NCBI GenBank assembly: GCA_963814375.1
Contig: CAWFCQ010000008.1
Coordinates: forward strand, 448,001-512,000
Source: an uncultured Chloroflexia bacterium
GTDB taxonomy: Bacteria; Chloroflexota; Limnocylindria; QHBO01
Direction of reading: 5' to 3'
Length of the DNA: 64,000 nt
This document shows positions 9,684-19,820 of the stretch, piece by piece. The notes below the pieces were generated by a model. That model searched no databases and was not told the origin of the DNA. It saw nothing but the letters and a program-made list of their open reading frames with translations. The number at the start of each line of letters is the position of its first letter. The first letter of the stretch is position 1. A program made the translations under genes and the position numbers.

Positions 9684-9711
9684 AGACCGTCGGCCATGGC
9701 GCAACTCATCG
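9684..9711 (-). promoter_or_regulatory. SigG/ECF56-type promoter CGATGA-N18-GTCT
   Basis: minus strand CGATGA 9711-9706, GTCT 9687-9684. Confidence 0.6.
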
Positions 9712-9735
9712 CGCCGAGTTGGGGCGAGGCGCTGA

Positions 9736-10416
9736 TCAGTCGCGGCGCGTTATCGTGGCGATGTCGGCCTCGTTGCCGGCGGCATCGGCCAGTGTCCACC
9801 ACGTCGGCGCGAACTGGTCGCGAACCATGCGGCCACCGGCCGCCAATGCTGCCTCGACGCGCGCCTCCGCCTGCTCGGGCGGCACCCAGACGGCAATGTG
9901 GATCGCGCCACCGCCGTCCGCGCGGGGCGAATCCATCGACTCGAGCCAGAGGGCCGGTCCGCGGGCCTGCGGGTCGACGAGATCCTCGTCGGGACTGTCG
10001 CCGCGAGGCTCGTACCCGAGGACGGCGCGCCAGAACGGCAGCACCGAGGAGGTATCCGGCGCACCCGGGATGATCAGGAGGGACTGGACCATCGACGGAT
10101 CGACGGAGATGCTCTGCTCGCGTGCGAGCGCCGAGATCTGGCGGGCGAGCTCGACGTCGCGTTGGCTCATACCGAAGGAGTCCTCGCCGACCGTGACGAG
10201 CCGCACGGTCACGCCGTCCTGCCGGACGTCGACATCGGGCGGGTGAGTCTCGAGGTCAGCAAGCTCGGCGATGCCATCGATGAAACTGGCGCTCGCCGCG
10301 AACGAATCGGTCCGGAAGAAGGCGTAGGCGCCGTCGCTCAGCACACGCCACCCTTCGGCGCCCGCGAGCTCGGCAAACTCCGAGATGGTGACCGGATCAG
10401 TCGAGCTGGCGGTCAT
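9736..10416 (-). CDS. pterin-dehydratase-like + VOC two-domain protein
   Basis: GWRVL..F, HPPDVDVR, DVELARQIS, FWRAVLGY, IHIAVWV, LADAAGN. Confidence 0.85.
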   Translation of the reverse strand: MTASSTDPVTISEFAELAGAEGWRVLSDGAYAFFRTDSFAASASFIDGIAELADLETHPPDVDVRQDGVTVRLVTVGEDSFGMSQRDVELARQISALAREQSISVDPSMVQSLLIIPGAPDTSSVLPFWRAVLGYEPRGDSPDEDLVDPQARGPALWLESMDSPRADGGGAIHIAVWVPPEQAEARVEAALAAGGRMVRDQFAPTWWTLADAAGNEADIATITRRD

Positions 10417-11147
10417 CGGTCTCGTCCGGAGGCCCGAGCGACGTCGCCAATGATCTGCGCGAGCTCCGCCGGGCGCGACCACATCGGCCAGTGGCTGGTC
10501 GGCAGGTCGACCCAGGTCGCGTTCCGCAGCTCGGGGATGCCGGCGAGAAACGCCCACTCGGGATGCTCCCTCGCGTACGTCTGGTACTGCTCGGACGTGA
10601 ACGCGGTGCAGATGAACGTGCTCGGGATGTCGCGCCGAGCGTCGTTCCCGAGCTCGACGGACTCGCGCAGGACGGCGCCGGGAACCGGGACCGCACGCTG
10701 GCGGAACGTTTCCTTCTGCTCCTCGCTGAGGCCGTCGAGGTTCTCCTCCTCCTCGATCTCCTTCCAGACCATCGGCTTCTCCGCGCCGTCGAACTCCGCC
10801 TCCAGCGGACCGATCCCCGGTGCGGTGTCGACGTAGACCATCGCCGCGATTCGGTCCGCGGCACGGTCGCTGGCGGCGTACCCGCTGAAGCCGCTCGCGC
10901 TGTGGACGGCCAGCACGGCGGGAGAGTCGGCGGCCTTCACCGCGTTCACGATCGCGTCGACGTGGTCCTCGAACGTGATGGATGAGCGGTCTGCATCAGC
11001 GGACTCGAGGCCGGGGAGCGTGATGGCCGTGACGTCGTGGCCGTCCGCACGAAGCTTCGCAGCCACCTCGTCCCACGCCCACGCGCCGAGCCAGAAGCCA
11101 GGAACGAGAATGATCGGTGCGGTTTGCTCAGCCATGTTGCTCCTCAT
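10413..11147 (-). CDS. alpha/beta hydrolase (esterase-like)
   Basis: LVPGFWLGAWAW, HSASG, LPTSHWPMWSRP; alternative start 11135. Confidence 0.9.
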   Translation of the reverse strand: MRSNMAEQTAPIILVPGFWLGAWAWDEVAAKLRADGHDVTAITLPGLESADADRSSITFEDHVDAIVNAVKAADSPAVLAVHSASGFSGYAASDRAADRIAAMVYVDTAPGIGPLEAEFDGAEKPMVWKEIEEEENLDGLSEEQKETFRQRAVPVPGAVLRESVELGNDARRDIPSTFICTAFTSEQYQTYAREHPEWAFLAGIPELRNATWVDLPTSHWPMWSRPAELAQIIGDVARASGRDR

Positions 11148-11752
11148 CTCTCGAAGTCGATCCGCATCACGAGCCGCCGGATTCCGGGCCTGCTGACCTC
11201 GGCCAAGCCGGCGGCGGCGAAGATGCTCTCCGCTCCGACGTGGATCTCATCCCACGTGACCTCGCCGATCTCGGTCCGCATCGGGTAGGCCTCGAGGGCG
11301 CGAGCGCCGCGCTCCTTCGCATGCTTGACCGCGGCCTTGGCCAGCTCGTAGGCGATGCCGCGCTTCCGGTACCCGGCGCGGACGAATACGCACGTGACGG
11401 ACCAGACGCTCGCGTCCGTCTTGTCCTCCTGGCGGCCCTCCCAGGGCGTGCGGTAGACCCTCAGCAGCCCCTCGTACGCCGGTCGCGGCTCGACGGCACA
11501 CCAGCCGACGGGCTCGCCGTCCAGGTACGCGACGAGCCCGGTCGTTGTCTCCGCGCCGGCTTGGCCGCAGTTCGTCTGCTCCTCCAAGCGGCGAGCACGC
11601 TCCTTCGGCGGGTAGGACTTGAACGCCTCGCGCGGCGCGAGCTTGTAGCGCTGGCACTGGCAGACGTGGGCGCTGCCACGACTGCCGAAGACCGTCTGGA
11701 GATCCTCGCAGCCCGCCTCGTTGGCGGGGACGATCGTGCAGGCGTTCGTCAC
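11144..11752 (-). CDS. GNAT acetyltransferase (CQC-containing subfamily)
   Basis: CQCQRY, VGWCAVEPR, WSVTCVFV, YRKRG, LEAYP. Confidence 0.9.
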   Translation of the reverse strand: MTNACTIVPANEAGCEDLQTVFGSRGSAHVCQCQRYKLAPREAFKSYPPKERARRLEEQTNCGQAGAETTTGLVAYLDGEPVGWCAVEPRPAYEGLLRVYRTPWEGRQEDKTDASVWSVTCVFVRAGYRKRGIAYELAKAAVKHAKERGARALEAYPMRTEIGEVTWDEIHVGAESIFAAAGLAEVSRPGIRRLVMRIDFER

Positions 11753-11785
11753 GACATCACGCTGAACACTGGCTCGCCGATTGCG

Positions 11786-12205
11786 CTACTTGCGGCTCGG
11801 GACTTCCTGGACCAGCCAGACATTGCCGTCCGGATCGGCGAAGGTGGCGTACGAGCCGTAGTCGCCGCGATTGGGATCGGGACCCGGCGTCTGTCCCTGC
11901 TCCGTCCAGTGGAAGATGTCAGTCACCGGGACCCGGCGCTCGGTCAGGTCACGGTGTGCGGCCTCGATGTCGCTCACGACCAGGTACGTGTTGACGTACG
12001 AGCCCGGTTCCGACTGCGGAAAGCCGATCCCGAAGGTGATCGAGCAGCCTGAGCCGGGCGGCGTGAGCTGGACGACGCGCATCCCCGGCGCCGGTTCGGT
12101 GTCGACGTCGAGGTTCCAGCCGGCCTGCACGTAGAAGTCCTTGGCCCGGTCCACGTCGGCGACCGGGAGGGTGATGGCTTCGATCCGGTAGTCCGCCATG
12201 TTCAT
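11786..12205 (-). CDS. VOC/glyoxalase-family protein
   Basis: LPVADVDRAKDFY, VVQLTPPGS, FADPDGNVW. Confidence 0.9.
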   Translation of the reverse strand: MNMADYRIEAITLPVADVDRAKDFYVQAGWNLDVDTEPAPGMRVVQLTPPGSGCSITFGIGFPQSEPGSYVNTYLVVSDIEAAHRDLTERRVPVTDIFHWTEQGQTPGPDPNRGDYGSYATFADPDGNVWLVQEVPSRK

Positions 12206-12225
12206 CGCTCCTCTGGGACTGGCTG

Positions 12226-13179
12226 TCAGGACGACGCGGTGCTCGCGGCGGGTGATTGCTGTGTGCCTTTGCCCTCGGCCCAGCGCAGAACGCGCAGTGC
12301 GTGGAGCGTGTTCCAGCGACTCGGCTCGTCCTGGCGCTGGCCGAGGTCGACGAGCAGCTCATCGTGGAGGATCAGCTCGAGCGGCCAACGGCCATCCGTG
12401 TCGCGCTTCGACTCGACGAGCTCGATCGCCTCTGAGATTCGCTCGTCCGGCGTGACACCGGCATCGCGCAGGTAGTCGAGCGTGCGCAGGACGTTGTAGT
12501 GCCAGCCGGTCGGGAAGGCGGGATAGAGCCACTTTCGGTCGCCGATCTCTCCGTCCGACAGGCGACGAAGCAGGCGCCGCTCGAGCAGGTACTCCTGCCC
12601 ACGCTCACGCGCCGCAGCGACGTCGGGGCTGCCTCCGGCGGCGCGCTCGTACTCGAGCAGTCCCTCCAGCACGTTGATGGTCGTGTCGAATGACCCGCGC
12701 GTCGAGCCGCCACGCTCCGGCTCCTGCTCGCAGTTCCAGCCGCCATCGGCCATCTGCTCGGTCAGGAGTCGATCCACGATCACCTGCACGTTCTGCCCGA
12801 AGTACGAGCCGATCGCGACGGCCTGGCCGTTGATGCACGGCTCGACCTCGCCGTCGAAGTAGGGGAGGCTGTCGTACTCCCACTTTGCGTTGGCGCGGAC
12901 GAGGTCGAGCGCCCGCTGCACGCTGGGGTCGGCCGGATCGACACCGAAGTGGCGGAGGAGCTGGAGTGCGGGCGTGGTGGATGTCCACTCGGGCGAGTAC
13001 GCGCCCCCGTTCCATGTGCCGTCGGCCCCCTGGGCGGCGAGGACCTGGGCTCCCCAGCCCTCGCGCGCGACCTTCGCGCGCTCGGCCGCGACCTCCGCGG
13101 CCGGCGCATCGGTCAGGTCGCGCATCACCTGCCAGCGGATGGACGGATCGGAGTCGAGCATCCAGTCGATGACGTTCAT
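12226..13179 (-). CDS. prenyltransferase/squalene-cyclase repeat protein
   Basis: DSDPSIRWQV, EPCING, Q..DGGWNC, DGRWPL, SRWNTL. Confidence 0.75.
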   Translation of the reverse strand: MNVIDWMLDSDPSIRWQVMRDLTDAPAAEVAAERAKVAREGWGAQVLAAQGADGTWNGGAYSPEWTSTTPALQLLRHFGVDPADPSVQRALDLVRANAKWEYDSLPYFDGEVEPCINGQAVAIGSYFGQNVQVIVDRLLTEQMADGGWNCEQEPERGGSTRGSFDTTINVLEGLLEYERAAGGSPDVAAARERGQEYLLERRLLRRLSDGEIGDRKWLYPAFPTGWHYNVLRTLDYLRDAGVTPDERISEAIELVESKRDTDGRWPLELILHDELLVDLGQRQDEPSRWNTLHALRVLRWAEGKGTQQSPAASTASS

Positions 13180-13238
13180 GTCTCCATGGTGGCCGCTATA
13201 CCTGACACGGGGCGGCAGGATTTGTGACTGCCTTCGTA

Positions 13239-13989
13239 TCAACCCCGGTCGGGTTCCGGCGGCTTCTCCCAAACGGAGACGTGCTTCGTGCTCTCGCTCG
13301 TGTACGGCTCGCGGAGCCAGCCGGACCATCGGTCTCGGAGCCGGAGACCGGCGAGCTGCGCCATGAGGTCGAGCTCGCTCGGCCAGACGTAGCGGAAGGG
13401 GACCGACCAACGGTCGTAGCGGCCGTTCAGCTCGAGGAAGTGGTGGGAGACGAGTCCCTGGCGGGCGACGTCGTACTCGTCGATGCCCCAGTGGTGCTCA
13501 TCGGTGCTGAAGACCAGGTGGGTCTCGCCGGCAGTCAGCCGCCGCAGCTCCGGGACGAGGACCTCGATGACGAAGCAGCCGCCGGGCTCCAGCTGCGCCG
13601 CCACGTTGCGGAAACAGGCGACCTGCGCTTCCTGCGAGGTCAGGTTCATGATCGTGTTCGCGACGAGATAGGCGACGCGGAAGCTGCCCTCAACCCGCAC
13701 CGTCCGAGAAGTCGCCGATGGTGATCCCGACCGCCTCGGCGTCCGGCTTCGCCTTCAGGCGATCGGCCATGGCGCGCGAAAGCTCGATCCCGTGGACAGG
13801 CACGCCGCGCCGCGCGAGCGGCAGGGCGACGCGCCCGGTGCCGATGCCCAGCTCGAGCGCTCGCCCGTCGCCGGCAAGATCGGCGATGAGGTCGACCATT
13901 GGCTCGACCACCGAGGCTTCTGCCTGGTAGTCGTAGGTCTCGTCGAAGCGGGCCGCCATGCGCTCGTCGAAGTAGCCGTCATCGTGCAT
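13239..13989 (-). CDS. class I SAM-dependent methyltransferase (frameshift near 13700)
   Basis: ALELGIGTGR in ORF 13690..13989; VYLVANT and RYVWPSELDLMA in ORF 13239..13700. Confidence 0.85.
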
Positions 13990-14021
13990 CGGCCAAGCGT
14001 ACTGCCGCGTATCGTGGGCAC

Positions 14022-14534
14022 ATGAGCACAGAGACGATTCGATCCGCGTACAGCATGTGGCCGCAGTACAACCGGCGCATTCGCGAAGTTGTCGAGACCA
14101 TGACCGATGAGCAGCTGGCCATCCGTGCGGCGCCGGACCTCCTGCCGCTCTGGGCCGCCGTCGGTCACACCGCCGCGATGCGCGTCTACTGGCTGTGCGA
14201 GGTCATCGGTGAGTCAGGAGCCGATGCGACGCCATTCTGGGATGGGACGACGACGATCGACTGGGCCGACGACCTCGAGCACCCGCACTCAGCCGATGAG
14301 CTCGCGACCGGTCTGGACTCGACGTTCGGCATCATCGAAGGCTGCCTCGACCGGTGGAGTTTCGCGATGCTGACCGATGAGATCCAACGCCATTACAACG
14401 GCACGACCCAGGTCCACACCCGGGCATCGGTCCTCCAGCGGCTGCTCACCCATGAGGCGTGGCACGCCGGCGAGCTCTCCCAGACCCTTGGCATTCACGG
14501 CCTCCCCCAGCCCGACCTCTGGCGTCGGGACTGA
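14022..14534 (+). CDS. DinB-family protein
   Basis: VGH, RLLTHEAWHAGE metal-binding His pattern; leaderless TATCGT -10. Confidence 0.85.
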   Translation: MSTETIRSAYSMWPQYNRRIREVVETMTDEQLAIRAAPDLLPLWAAVGHTAAMRVYWLCEVIGESGADATPFWDGTTTIDWADDLEHPHSADELATGLDSTFGIIEGCLDRWSFAMLTDEIQRHYNGTTQVHTRASVLQRLLTHEAWHAGELSQTLGIHGLPQPDLWRRD

Positions 14535-14677
14535 CGAGCGCGACATGGCGCGCGAGCGGGCCATGAGTGGTGCACTGCCAGCAGATCGACAGCACCGCCG
14601 AGCGCGTGGGCGACGGAGTCAATCCGCGAGCCCGGGGTCCGTCGTAACGTAGGGCGAGTCGCACGCGAGGCGAACAG

Positions 14678-15967
14678 ATGGCGACCACCGTCCCGCATGT
14701 CACGACCCGCCAGGCGGCCTTCATCGGTGTGGGCGCCATGGTCGGTGCCGGCATCTTCTCGCTGCTCGGGGCCGCGGGGGAGGTTGCGGGCGCCGCTGTC
14801 TGGCTCTCGTTCCTGATCGCCGGGATCATCGCCGCGCTCCAGGGCTACTCATTCGCCAAGCTGGGCGCGAAGTACCCCTCGGCCGGCGGCCTCCTCGAGT
14901 ACGTCAACCAGGGATTCGGCCCCGGTCACATCGCCACCGTCACCGCCTGGCTGACGTATGCGGCGAACGCCATCGTCACCGCGATGGTCGCGGTTTCGTT
15001 CGGAAGCTACGCGAGCGCCGCCTTCGCGGGCGGCGACACGGCGTGGGAGAAACCGTTCGCGGTCGCGATCGTTCTCGCCATGACCGCGCTGAACGTCGCC
15101 GGATCCACCTTCGTCGCCCGGATCCAGAGCGTGATCGTCTTCGTGGTCATCGGCATTCTCTCCGTCTTCGCCGCGGTCACCGTCGTGAACATGGATCCCG
15201 CGCTCCTCGCGCCGTCCGGTTATCCGGGCGCGCGGGACATCATGTCGAGCGTCGCCCTCACCTTCTTCGCCTTTCTCGGATTCGGCATCGTCACCTTCAC
15301 CGCCAAGGACCTCGCCGATCCGTCGCGACAGCTGCCGAGAGCGATGGCCATCGCGATCGGCCTCGCAACGGTCATCTACGTGGCTGTCGCGCTCGGGGTC
15401 TTCGGAACCCTGACGGTGGACGAGGTCGTCGACTCCGGGGCGACGGCCATCGCGGTCGCGGCCCAGCCGGTGCTGGGGGATGCCGGCTATTGGTTGATGA
15501 GCATCACGGCGCTCTTCGCGACCGCCGGCGCCACCAACGCCGGTCTCTACCCGGCGGCGGGCCTGAGCGACCACCTGGCGTCGACGGAGCAGTTCCCGCC
15601 CGTGATGGGCCGCCGGCTCGCCGACCGGGCGTCGGTTGGCCTGCTCATCGCCGCCGCCGCAATCCTGCTGATGGTCATCGCCTTCGACCTGTCGTCGATC
15701 GCTTCGATCGGGAGCGCGGTGGCGCTCACCATCTTCGGGCTCGTGACCGTGGGGCACCTCCGCGTGCGCCAGGAGACCGGCGCTCGGCTATCGATCCTCG
15801 TCCTGGCTCTCGCGACGATCGGCATCGCGCTGCTGACGTTCATCTTCACGACGCTCATCCAGGAGCCGGCCTCCATCGTCACGATCGTCGCCATCCTCGT
15901 CATCAGTCTCGCTCTCGACTTCGGATGGGCACGCATGCGGGAGAGACGCGCCAGCGCCGCCACATAG
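14678..15967 (+). CDS. APC-family amino acid permease
   Basis: GAMVGAGIF, PSAGG, FFAFLGF; about 12 TM helices. Confidence 0.9.
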   Translation: MATTVPHVTTRQAAFIGVGAMVGAGIFSLLGAAGEVAGAAVWLSFLIAGIIAALQGYSFAKLGAKYPSAGGLLEYVNQGFGPGHIATVTAWLTYAANAIVTAMVAVSFGSYASAAFAGGDTAWEKPFAVAIVLAMTALNVAGSTFVARIQSVIVFVVIGILSVFAAVTVVNMDPALLAPSGYPGARDIMSSVALTFFAFLGFGIVTFTAKDLADPSRQLPRAMAIAIGLATVIYVAVALGVFGTLTVDEVVDSGATAIAVAAQPVLGDAGYWLMSITALFATAGATNAGLYPAAGLSDHLASTEQFPPVMGRRLADRASVGLLIAAAAILLMVIAFDLSSIASIGSAVALTIFGLVTVGHLRVRQETGARLSILVLALATIGIALLTFIFTTLIQEPASIVTIVAILVISLALDFGWARMRERRASAAT

Positions 15968-15973
15968 CGCTTG

Positions 15974-16849
15974 TCAGGAGCCTTCGAGGACCTCGCGAAG
16001 CTTGTCGGCGAATGCCTCCGGCTCGCCGGTCTGACCGTATTCGCCGCCGAGGAACCCGCTGTGGCCGCTCGGAAAGACCACGACCTTCGTGCCCAGCTGC
16101 TTCGCGACGCCGTACGCGCCGCGATTGGCCATCGTGCCCTCCTCGTTGCCGGCGGCCATCACGACCCGCGTTGAGGCCGAGCGGACGGCATCGAGGTCGG
16201 GCGCGAATCCGCTCGAGCCAACCATGGCCAGCCCGAGCAGCGGATCGGTACGCGAGCCGTCGTCCTCGGTCGGCATGCCGAACATCGCCGGATCGGGGGC
16301 TGGCTGCTGCGCGAAGTCATCGGGGAACTCGCCCTCGTGGCTCACCACGGCGATGAAGTGGGCCATGCCGGCACCCCATCCACGCTTCATGTACGTCTCG
16401 TGGCAGGCGAGCATGGTCGCAACGGCAGCCTCGCGGTCGGGAAGGACCGATGGCAGAGGCGGCTCATGGGCGACGAGCGTCCGCACGTCATCGGGGTACT
16501 TCTGCACGAGCGCCAGTGCGTTCACGGCGCCACCGCTGCTGGCGAACAGGTCGACCGGACCACCAATCTCCTGGATGATCCGATGCAGGTCGTCGGCGTG
16601 ATCCTCGGGCGTCGGCGGCTTCGTGGGCTCGTCGAGCGTGCTCCGCTCCGTTCCGCGCGGGTCGTAGGTCACGACCGTCCGATCGGCAAAGTGGCCCGAG
16701 AGTGTGCCGAAGCCGGCAGCGCCCATCGGGGAGCCGATCAGGAACAGGATCGGCTCGGTGCTCTCGTCGTTGCGGCGGACGTCGTAGGTCAGGGTCGCTC
16801 CGGGGACGGCCAGCGTCTGGGTCGTCGGCTCGGCGATCGTGCTCTTCAT
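15974..16849 (-). CDS. alpha/beta hydrolase
   Basis: GSPM, YDPRG, ASSGG, HEPP, FPSGH; AAGGA RBS. Confidence 0.9.
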   Translation of the reverse strand: MKSTIAEPTTQTLAVPGATLTYDVRRNDESTEPILFLIGSPMGAAGFGTLSGHFADRTVVTYDPRGTERSTLDEPTKPPTPEDHADDLHRIIQEIGGPVDLFASSGGAVNALALVQKYPDDVRTLVAHEPPLPSVLPDREAAVATMLACHETYMKRGWGAGMAHFIAVVSHEGEFPDDFAQQPAPDPAMFGMPTEDDGSRTDPLLGLAMVGSSGFAPDLDAVRSASTRVVMAAGNEEGTMANRGAYGVAKQLGTKVVVFPSGHSGFLGGEYGQTGEPEAFADKLREVLEGS

Positions 16850-17442
16850 CGGTGTGTCCTTCCTTGTGCGCTCAGGTGTGCTGATCGAGACTGCGTGCGG
16901 CCGCCGTTCTCATCGGTGGCGGTCTGGGGTTCGTATCGAAGGAGGGTGACGCCCGAGTCGAATTGCCTGGCCTCGATAAGCCGCACCGGGATCGTCGCCG
17001 CCTCGTACGGGCGCTTGCCGGTGCCCTGGATCCGCGGATGGATCCAGAAGTACAGTTCGTCGACGAGCCCGGCCTGGATCAGTTGACGGGCGAGCTCGCC
17101 GCAGCCCGATAGGAAGAGACCGCCCTCGCGCTCGGCCTTGAGGCGACGCACACCCGCCACGGCATCGCCCTCGATGGCGGTCGCGTTCCACTCGAGGGGA
17201 CCGAGCTCGCCACGCGACGCGACGAACTTCGGCATCGGGTTGATGAGGTCGGCCCATGGCCCTGTCTGCCGCGGCCAGTAGCCCAGGAAGCCCTCGAACG
17301 TCGGGCGCCCGGTCAGCATTGCCACGTCCCCTTCGATGAGCGCCCGCGAGGCGTCGTCGTGGTCGCCCTCGGCCACGAACCAGTCCGCGACCTCCATGAC
17401 GCCGTCGACGGTCAATGCCGTCGAGTTGATCAGCCGTGCCAT
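16846..17442 (-). CDS. dihydrofolate reductase-family (RibD_C) protein
   Basis: TVDGVM, GRPTFE, GCGELARQL..GLVDEL. Confidence 0.88.
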   Translation of the reverse strand: MARLINSTALTVDGVMEVADWFVAEGDHDDASRALIEGDVAMLTGRPTFEGFLGYWPRQTGPWADLINPMPKFVASRGELGPLEWNATAIEGDAVAGVRRLKAEREGGLFLSGCGELARQLIQAGLVDELYFWIHPRIQGTGKRPYEAATIPVRLIEARQFDSGVTLLRYEPQTATDENGGRTQSRSAHLSAQGRTHR

Positions 17443-17444
17443 CG

Positions 17445-17894
17445 TTACGGCCCCTTTCGATAGACCATGTCGAAGTCGGACTCCCAGGTCGTGCCATCGG
17501 GCGACGACTCCCAGGCGCCCTCGATCGTCCGGTCGTCGCGGAAGGTGCCGATGAACCGCTGGTTGAACCCCGGCGCGTCCCGCCAGATGGTCCACGCCTC
17601 GTCGGTCAGACGCATGCGGTAGATCCGGAACACGCCGCGGGCGTCGGAGTAGAGCATCGATTGCTCATCGACTGAGTCGTCGAAGCCGAGGATCGCAGTC
17701 ACCGGCATGGGCGTGTTCTCGCTCCAGTCGCTGGCGGTCGCGGGGTTCGGCTCGTCCTGCGCTCGCTGGAGCACGAATGCGCCCTCCTCGATCCACTCGA
17801 ACGTCGTCGAGCCGCGGCCGAGGAATCGGCCATCCCTGGCCGCCTCGAAGTTCCACCTGCCGATCAGGCGCCCGAGAGGCGAAACGGCGGTCAT
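17445..17894 (-). CDS. hypothetical protein (DUF1579-like beta-barrel)
   Basis: LIGRW, FEWIE, YSDARGVFRIY, IEGAWE..DG..W..DF. Confidence 0.7.
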   Translation of the reverse strand: MTAVSPLGRLIGRWNFEAARDGRFLGRGSTTFEWIEEGAFVLQRAQDEPNPATASDWSENTPMPVTAILGFDDSVDEQSMLYSDARGVFRIYRMRLTDEAWTIWRDAPGFNQRFIGTFRDDRTIEGAWESSPDGTTWESDFDMVYRKGP

Positions 17895-18397
17895 GCCGTT
17901 CGGACCGCGTCCTCGGCGAGGATGGCGTCGATCTGTCCGAGGGCCTGGGTCATGCCCTCCTCCTGGCCCATCGCCAGGACCTGCTCCATTGCCTCGGTGC
18001 TCGGGAAGATGCTCTCGATCGACATCCTGCTGCGGCCCGCATCGATCTCCTCGATGGTCACTCGCATCTCGCCGGTCGGGAACGCGTCGTTGGGAGTGCC
18101 GTCATCGTTCGCAAAGCCGTCGCGAACGATGAGGCGACGCGGGGGATCGACGTCGAGGACGTCCCAGTAGCCCTTCGGCTGGTCGCCTTCCGGCCCGGTC
18201 ATGTGGTACTCGATCCGGCTGCCGGGCGTCAGGTCGTGCTTCGTGAAGGTGGCCGGATAGGTGGGCGGACCCCACCAGCGATCCAGCTGCTGAGGATCGG
18301 ACCACAGCTGCCAGACGCGGTCGGGCGACGCGTCGAGCTCGGTGGTGATGATCATGGTCAGGGCATCTGCGTTCTTCTCGACGGCGGTGACGGTCAT
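17891..18397 (-). CDS. SRPBCC (AHSA1-like) protein
   Basis: RVWQLWSDP..L.RWWGP, MGQEEG; downstream of ArsR. Confidence 0.9.
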   Translation of the reverse strand: MTVTAVEKNADALTMIITTELDASPDRVWQLWSDPQQLDRWWGPPTYPATFTKHDLTPGSRIEYHMTGPEGDQPKGYWDVLDVDPPRRLIVRDGFANDDGTPNDAFPTGEMRVTIEEIDAGRSRMSIESIFPSTEAMEQVLAMGQEEGMTQALGQIDAILAEDAVRTA

Positions 18398-18747
18398 CTG
18401 TCTGTCTCCTTGGATTCCTCGGTGACGAGAGCGGTCATGCGCTCGATGCGTGCGCGCCACAGCTCCTCGTATTGCTCCAGCAGGGCGCGCGCCACGCGCA
18501 GTCCACCCTGGCTGGTTCGCACGACCTTTCGGCGGCCGATGCGCTCCTTGGTGACGAGCCCGGCCCGCTCGAGGATGGCGACGTGCTTCTGCACTGCCGC
18601 GAAGCTCATCGGGTAATGGCTCGCCATCTCGGCGATGCCCTCCTCGCCATCGATCGCGCGGCGCACGATGTCGCGGCGGGTATGGTCCGCCAGCGCGCCG
18701 AACATGCGGTCGAAGTCGGGAGGTGCGATCTGCATGGATACAACCAT
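18394..18747 (-). CDS. ArsR/SmtB-family regulator
   Basis: FGALADHTRRDI, SFAAVQKHVAILERAGLV; start 18747 or 18735. Confidence 0.9.
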   Translation of the reverse strand: MVVSMQIAPPDFDRMFGALADHTRRDIVRRAIDGEEGIAEMASHYPMSFAAVQKHVAILERAGLVTKERIGRRKVVRTSQGGLRVARALLEQYEELWRARIERMTALVTEESKETDR

Positions 18748-18757
18748 ACGGTTGTAT
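18738..18757. promoter_or_regulatory. ArsR operator palindrome ATACAACC-N4-GGTTGTAT
   Basis: perfect 8-bp inverted repeat overlapping the arsR start. Confidence 0.75.
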
Positions 18758-18815
18758 TGAGTCCGTGTCAAGGGTCGGGATACCATCAACCGGTGAACTA
18801 CCCGCCAGTGCACGC

Positions 18816-19820
18816 ATGAAGGCGGCCTATCGAGATCGGTACGGGCCGCCCGAGGTCGTGGAGATCCGCGATGTCGAGCGACCCGAGCCCGGCGAGGGCG
18901 AGGTGCTCGTGCGTGTCCGTGCTGCATCGGTCAACCGCGCCGACCTCGACGGGCTCAAGCCGAAGCCGGGGTTCGTGCGCCTGTTCATGGGACTCCGCGC
19001 GCCGAGGGACCACGAGGTCGGCATCGACGCGGCGGGCGTCGTCGAGGCGGTCGGGACCGGTGTGACCAGGTTCAAGCCTGGCGACGAGGTCATGACCGAC
19101 CTGTTCGCGGCCGGGAAGTTCGGCGCCTTCGCGGAGTACGTCTGCGCCCGCGAGAAGGCCTTCGAGCCGATCCCGGCGGGCATGACGTTCGAGGAGGCCG
19201 CCACGCTGCCGCACTCGGCCGTGCTCGCGCTCCAGGGCATGCGCCTTCGCGACGGGCGGACGTTCAGCCCTGGCGACAAGGTGCTGATCGACGGCGCGTC
19301 GGGCAACGTCGGCCCGTTCGCGGTCCAGATCGCGAAGTCGATGGGCGCGGAGGTGACCGGCGTCGCCAGCGGCGACAAGCTCGACTTCGTGCGCTCGCTC
19401 GGAGCCGACCACGCGATCGACTACGAGAGCGTCGACTACACCCGAGCCGGCGAACGATACGACTGGATCGTGGCGGTGGACTCGCACCATTCGATCCGCT
19501 CCGTACGGCGAGCCCTGAACCCCGGCGGCGTGTATCTGACAATGGGCGGCGACAGCGGAAGCATCTTCGCGTCGCTGGGCGGCAGCCTGGTGGTGTCGCG
19601 GTTCGGCGACAGGTGGTCCGGGCTGATGCTGTGGTGGAAGCCGATGCATCGGCCGGACATCGAGACGCTGAAGGAGCTCATCGCCGCCGGCAAGGTCAAG
19701 CCGGTGATCGACCGGCGCTATCCGCTGGATGAGGTCGTCGCGGCGCTTCGATGGGTGGAGGATGGCCGCGCCCGCGGCAAGGTCGTCATCACGTTCGATG
19801 ACGCCGGCGGCAGCGCCTAG
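18816..19820 (+). CDS. NAD(P)-dependent MDR oxidoreductase (alcohol dehydrogenase-like)
   Basis: YGPPEV, AASVN, GASGNVG, GRARGKVVI. Confidence 0.9.
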   Translation: MKAAYRDRYGPPEVVEIRDVERPEPGEGEVLVRVRAASVNRADLDGLKPKPGFVRLFMGLRAPRDHEVGIDAAGVVEAVGTGVTRFKPGDEVMTDLFAAGKFGAFAEYVCAREKAFEPIPAGMTFEEAATLPHSAVLALQGMRLRDGRTFSPGDKVLIDGASGNVGPFAVQIAKSMGAEVTGVASGDKLDFVRSLGADHAIDYESVDYTRAGERYDWIVAVDSHHSIRSVRRALNPGGVYLTMGGDSGSIFASLGGSLVVSRFGDRWSGLMLWWKPMHRPDIETLKELIAAGKVKPVIDRRYPLDEVVAALRWVEDGRARGKVVITFDDAGGSA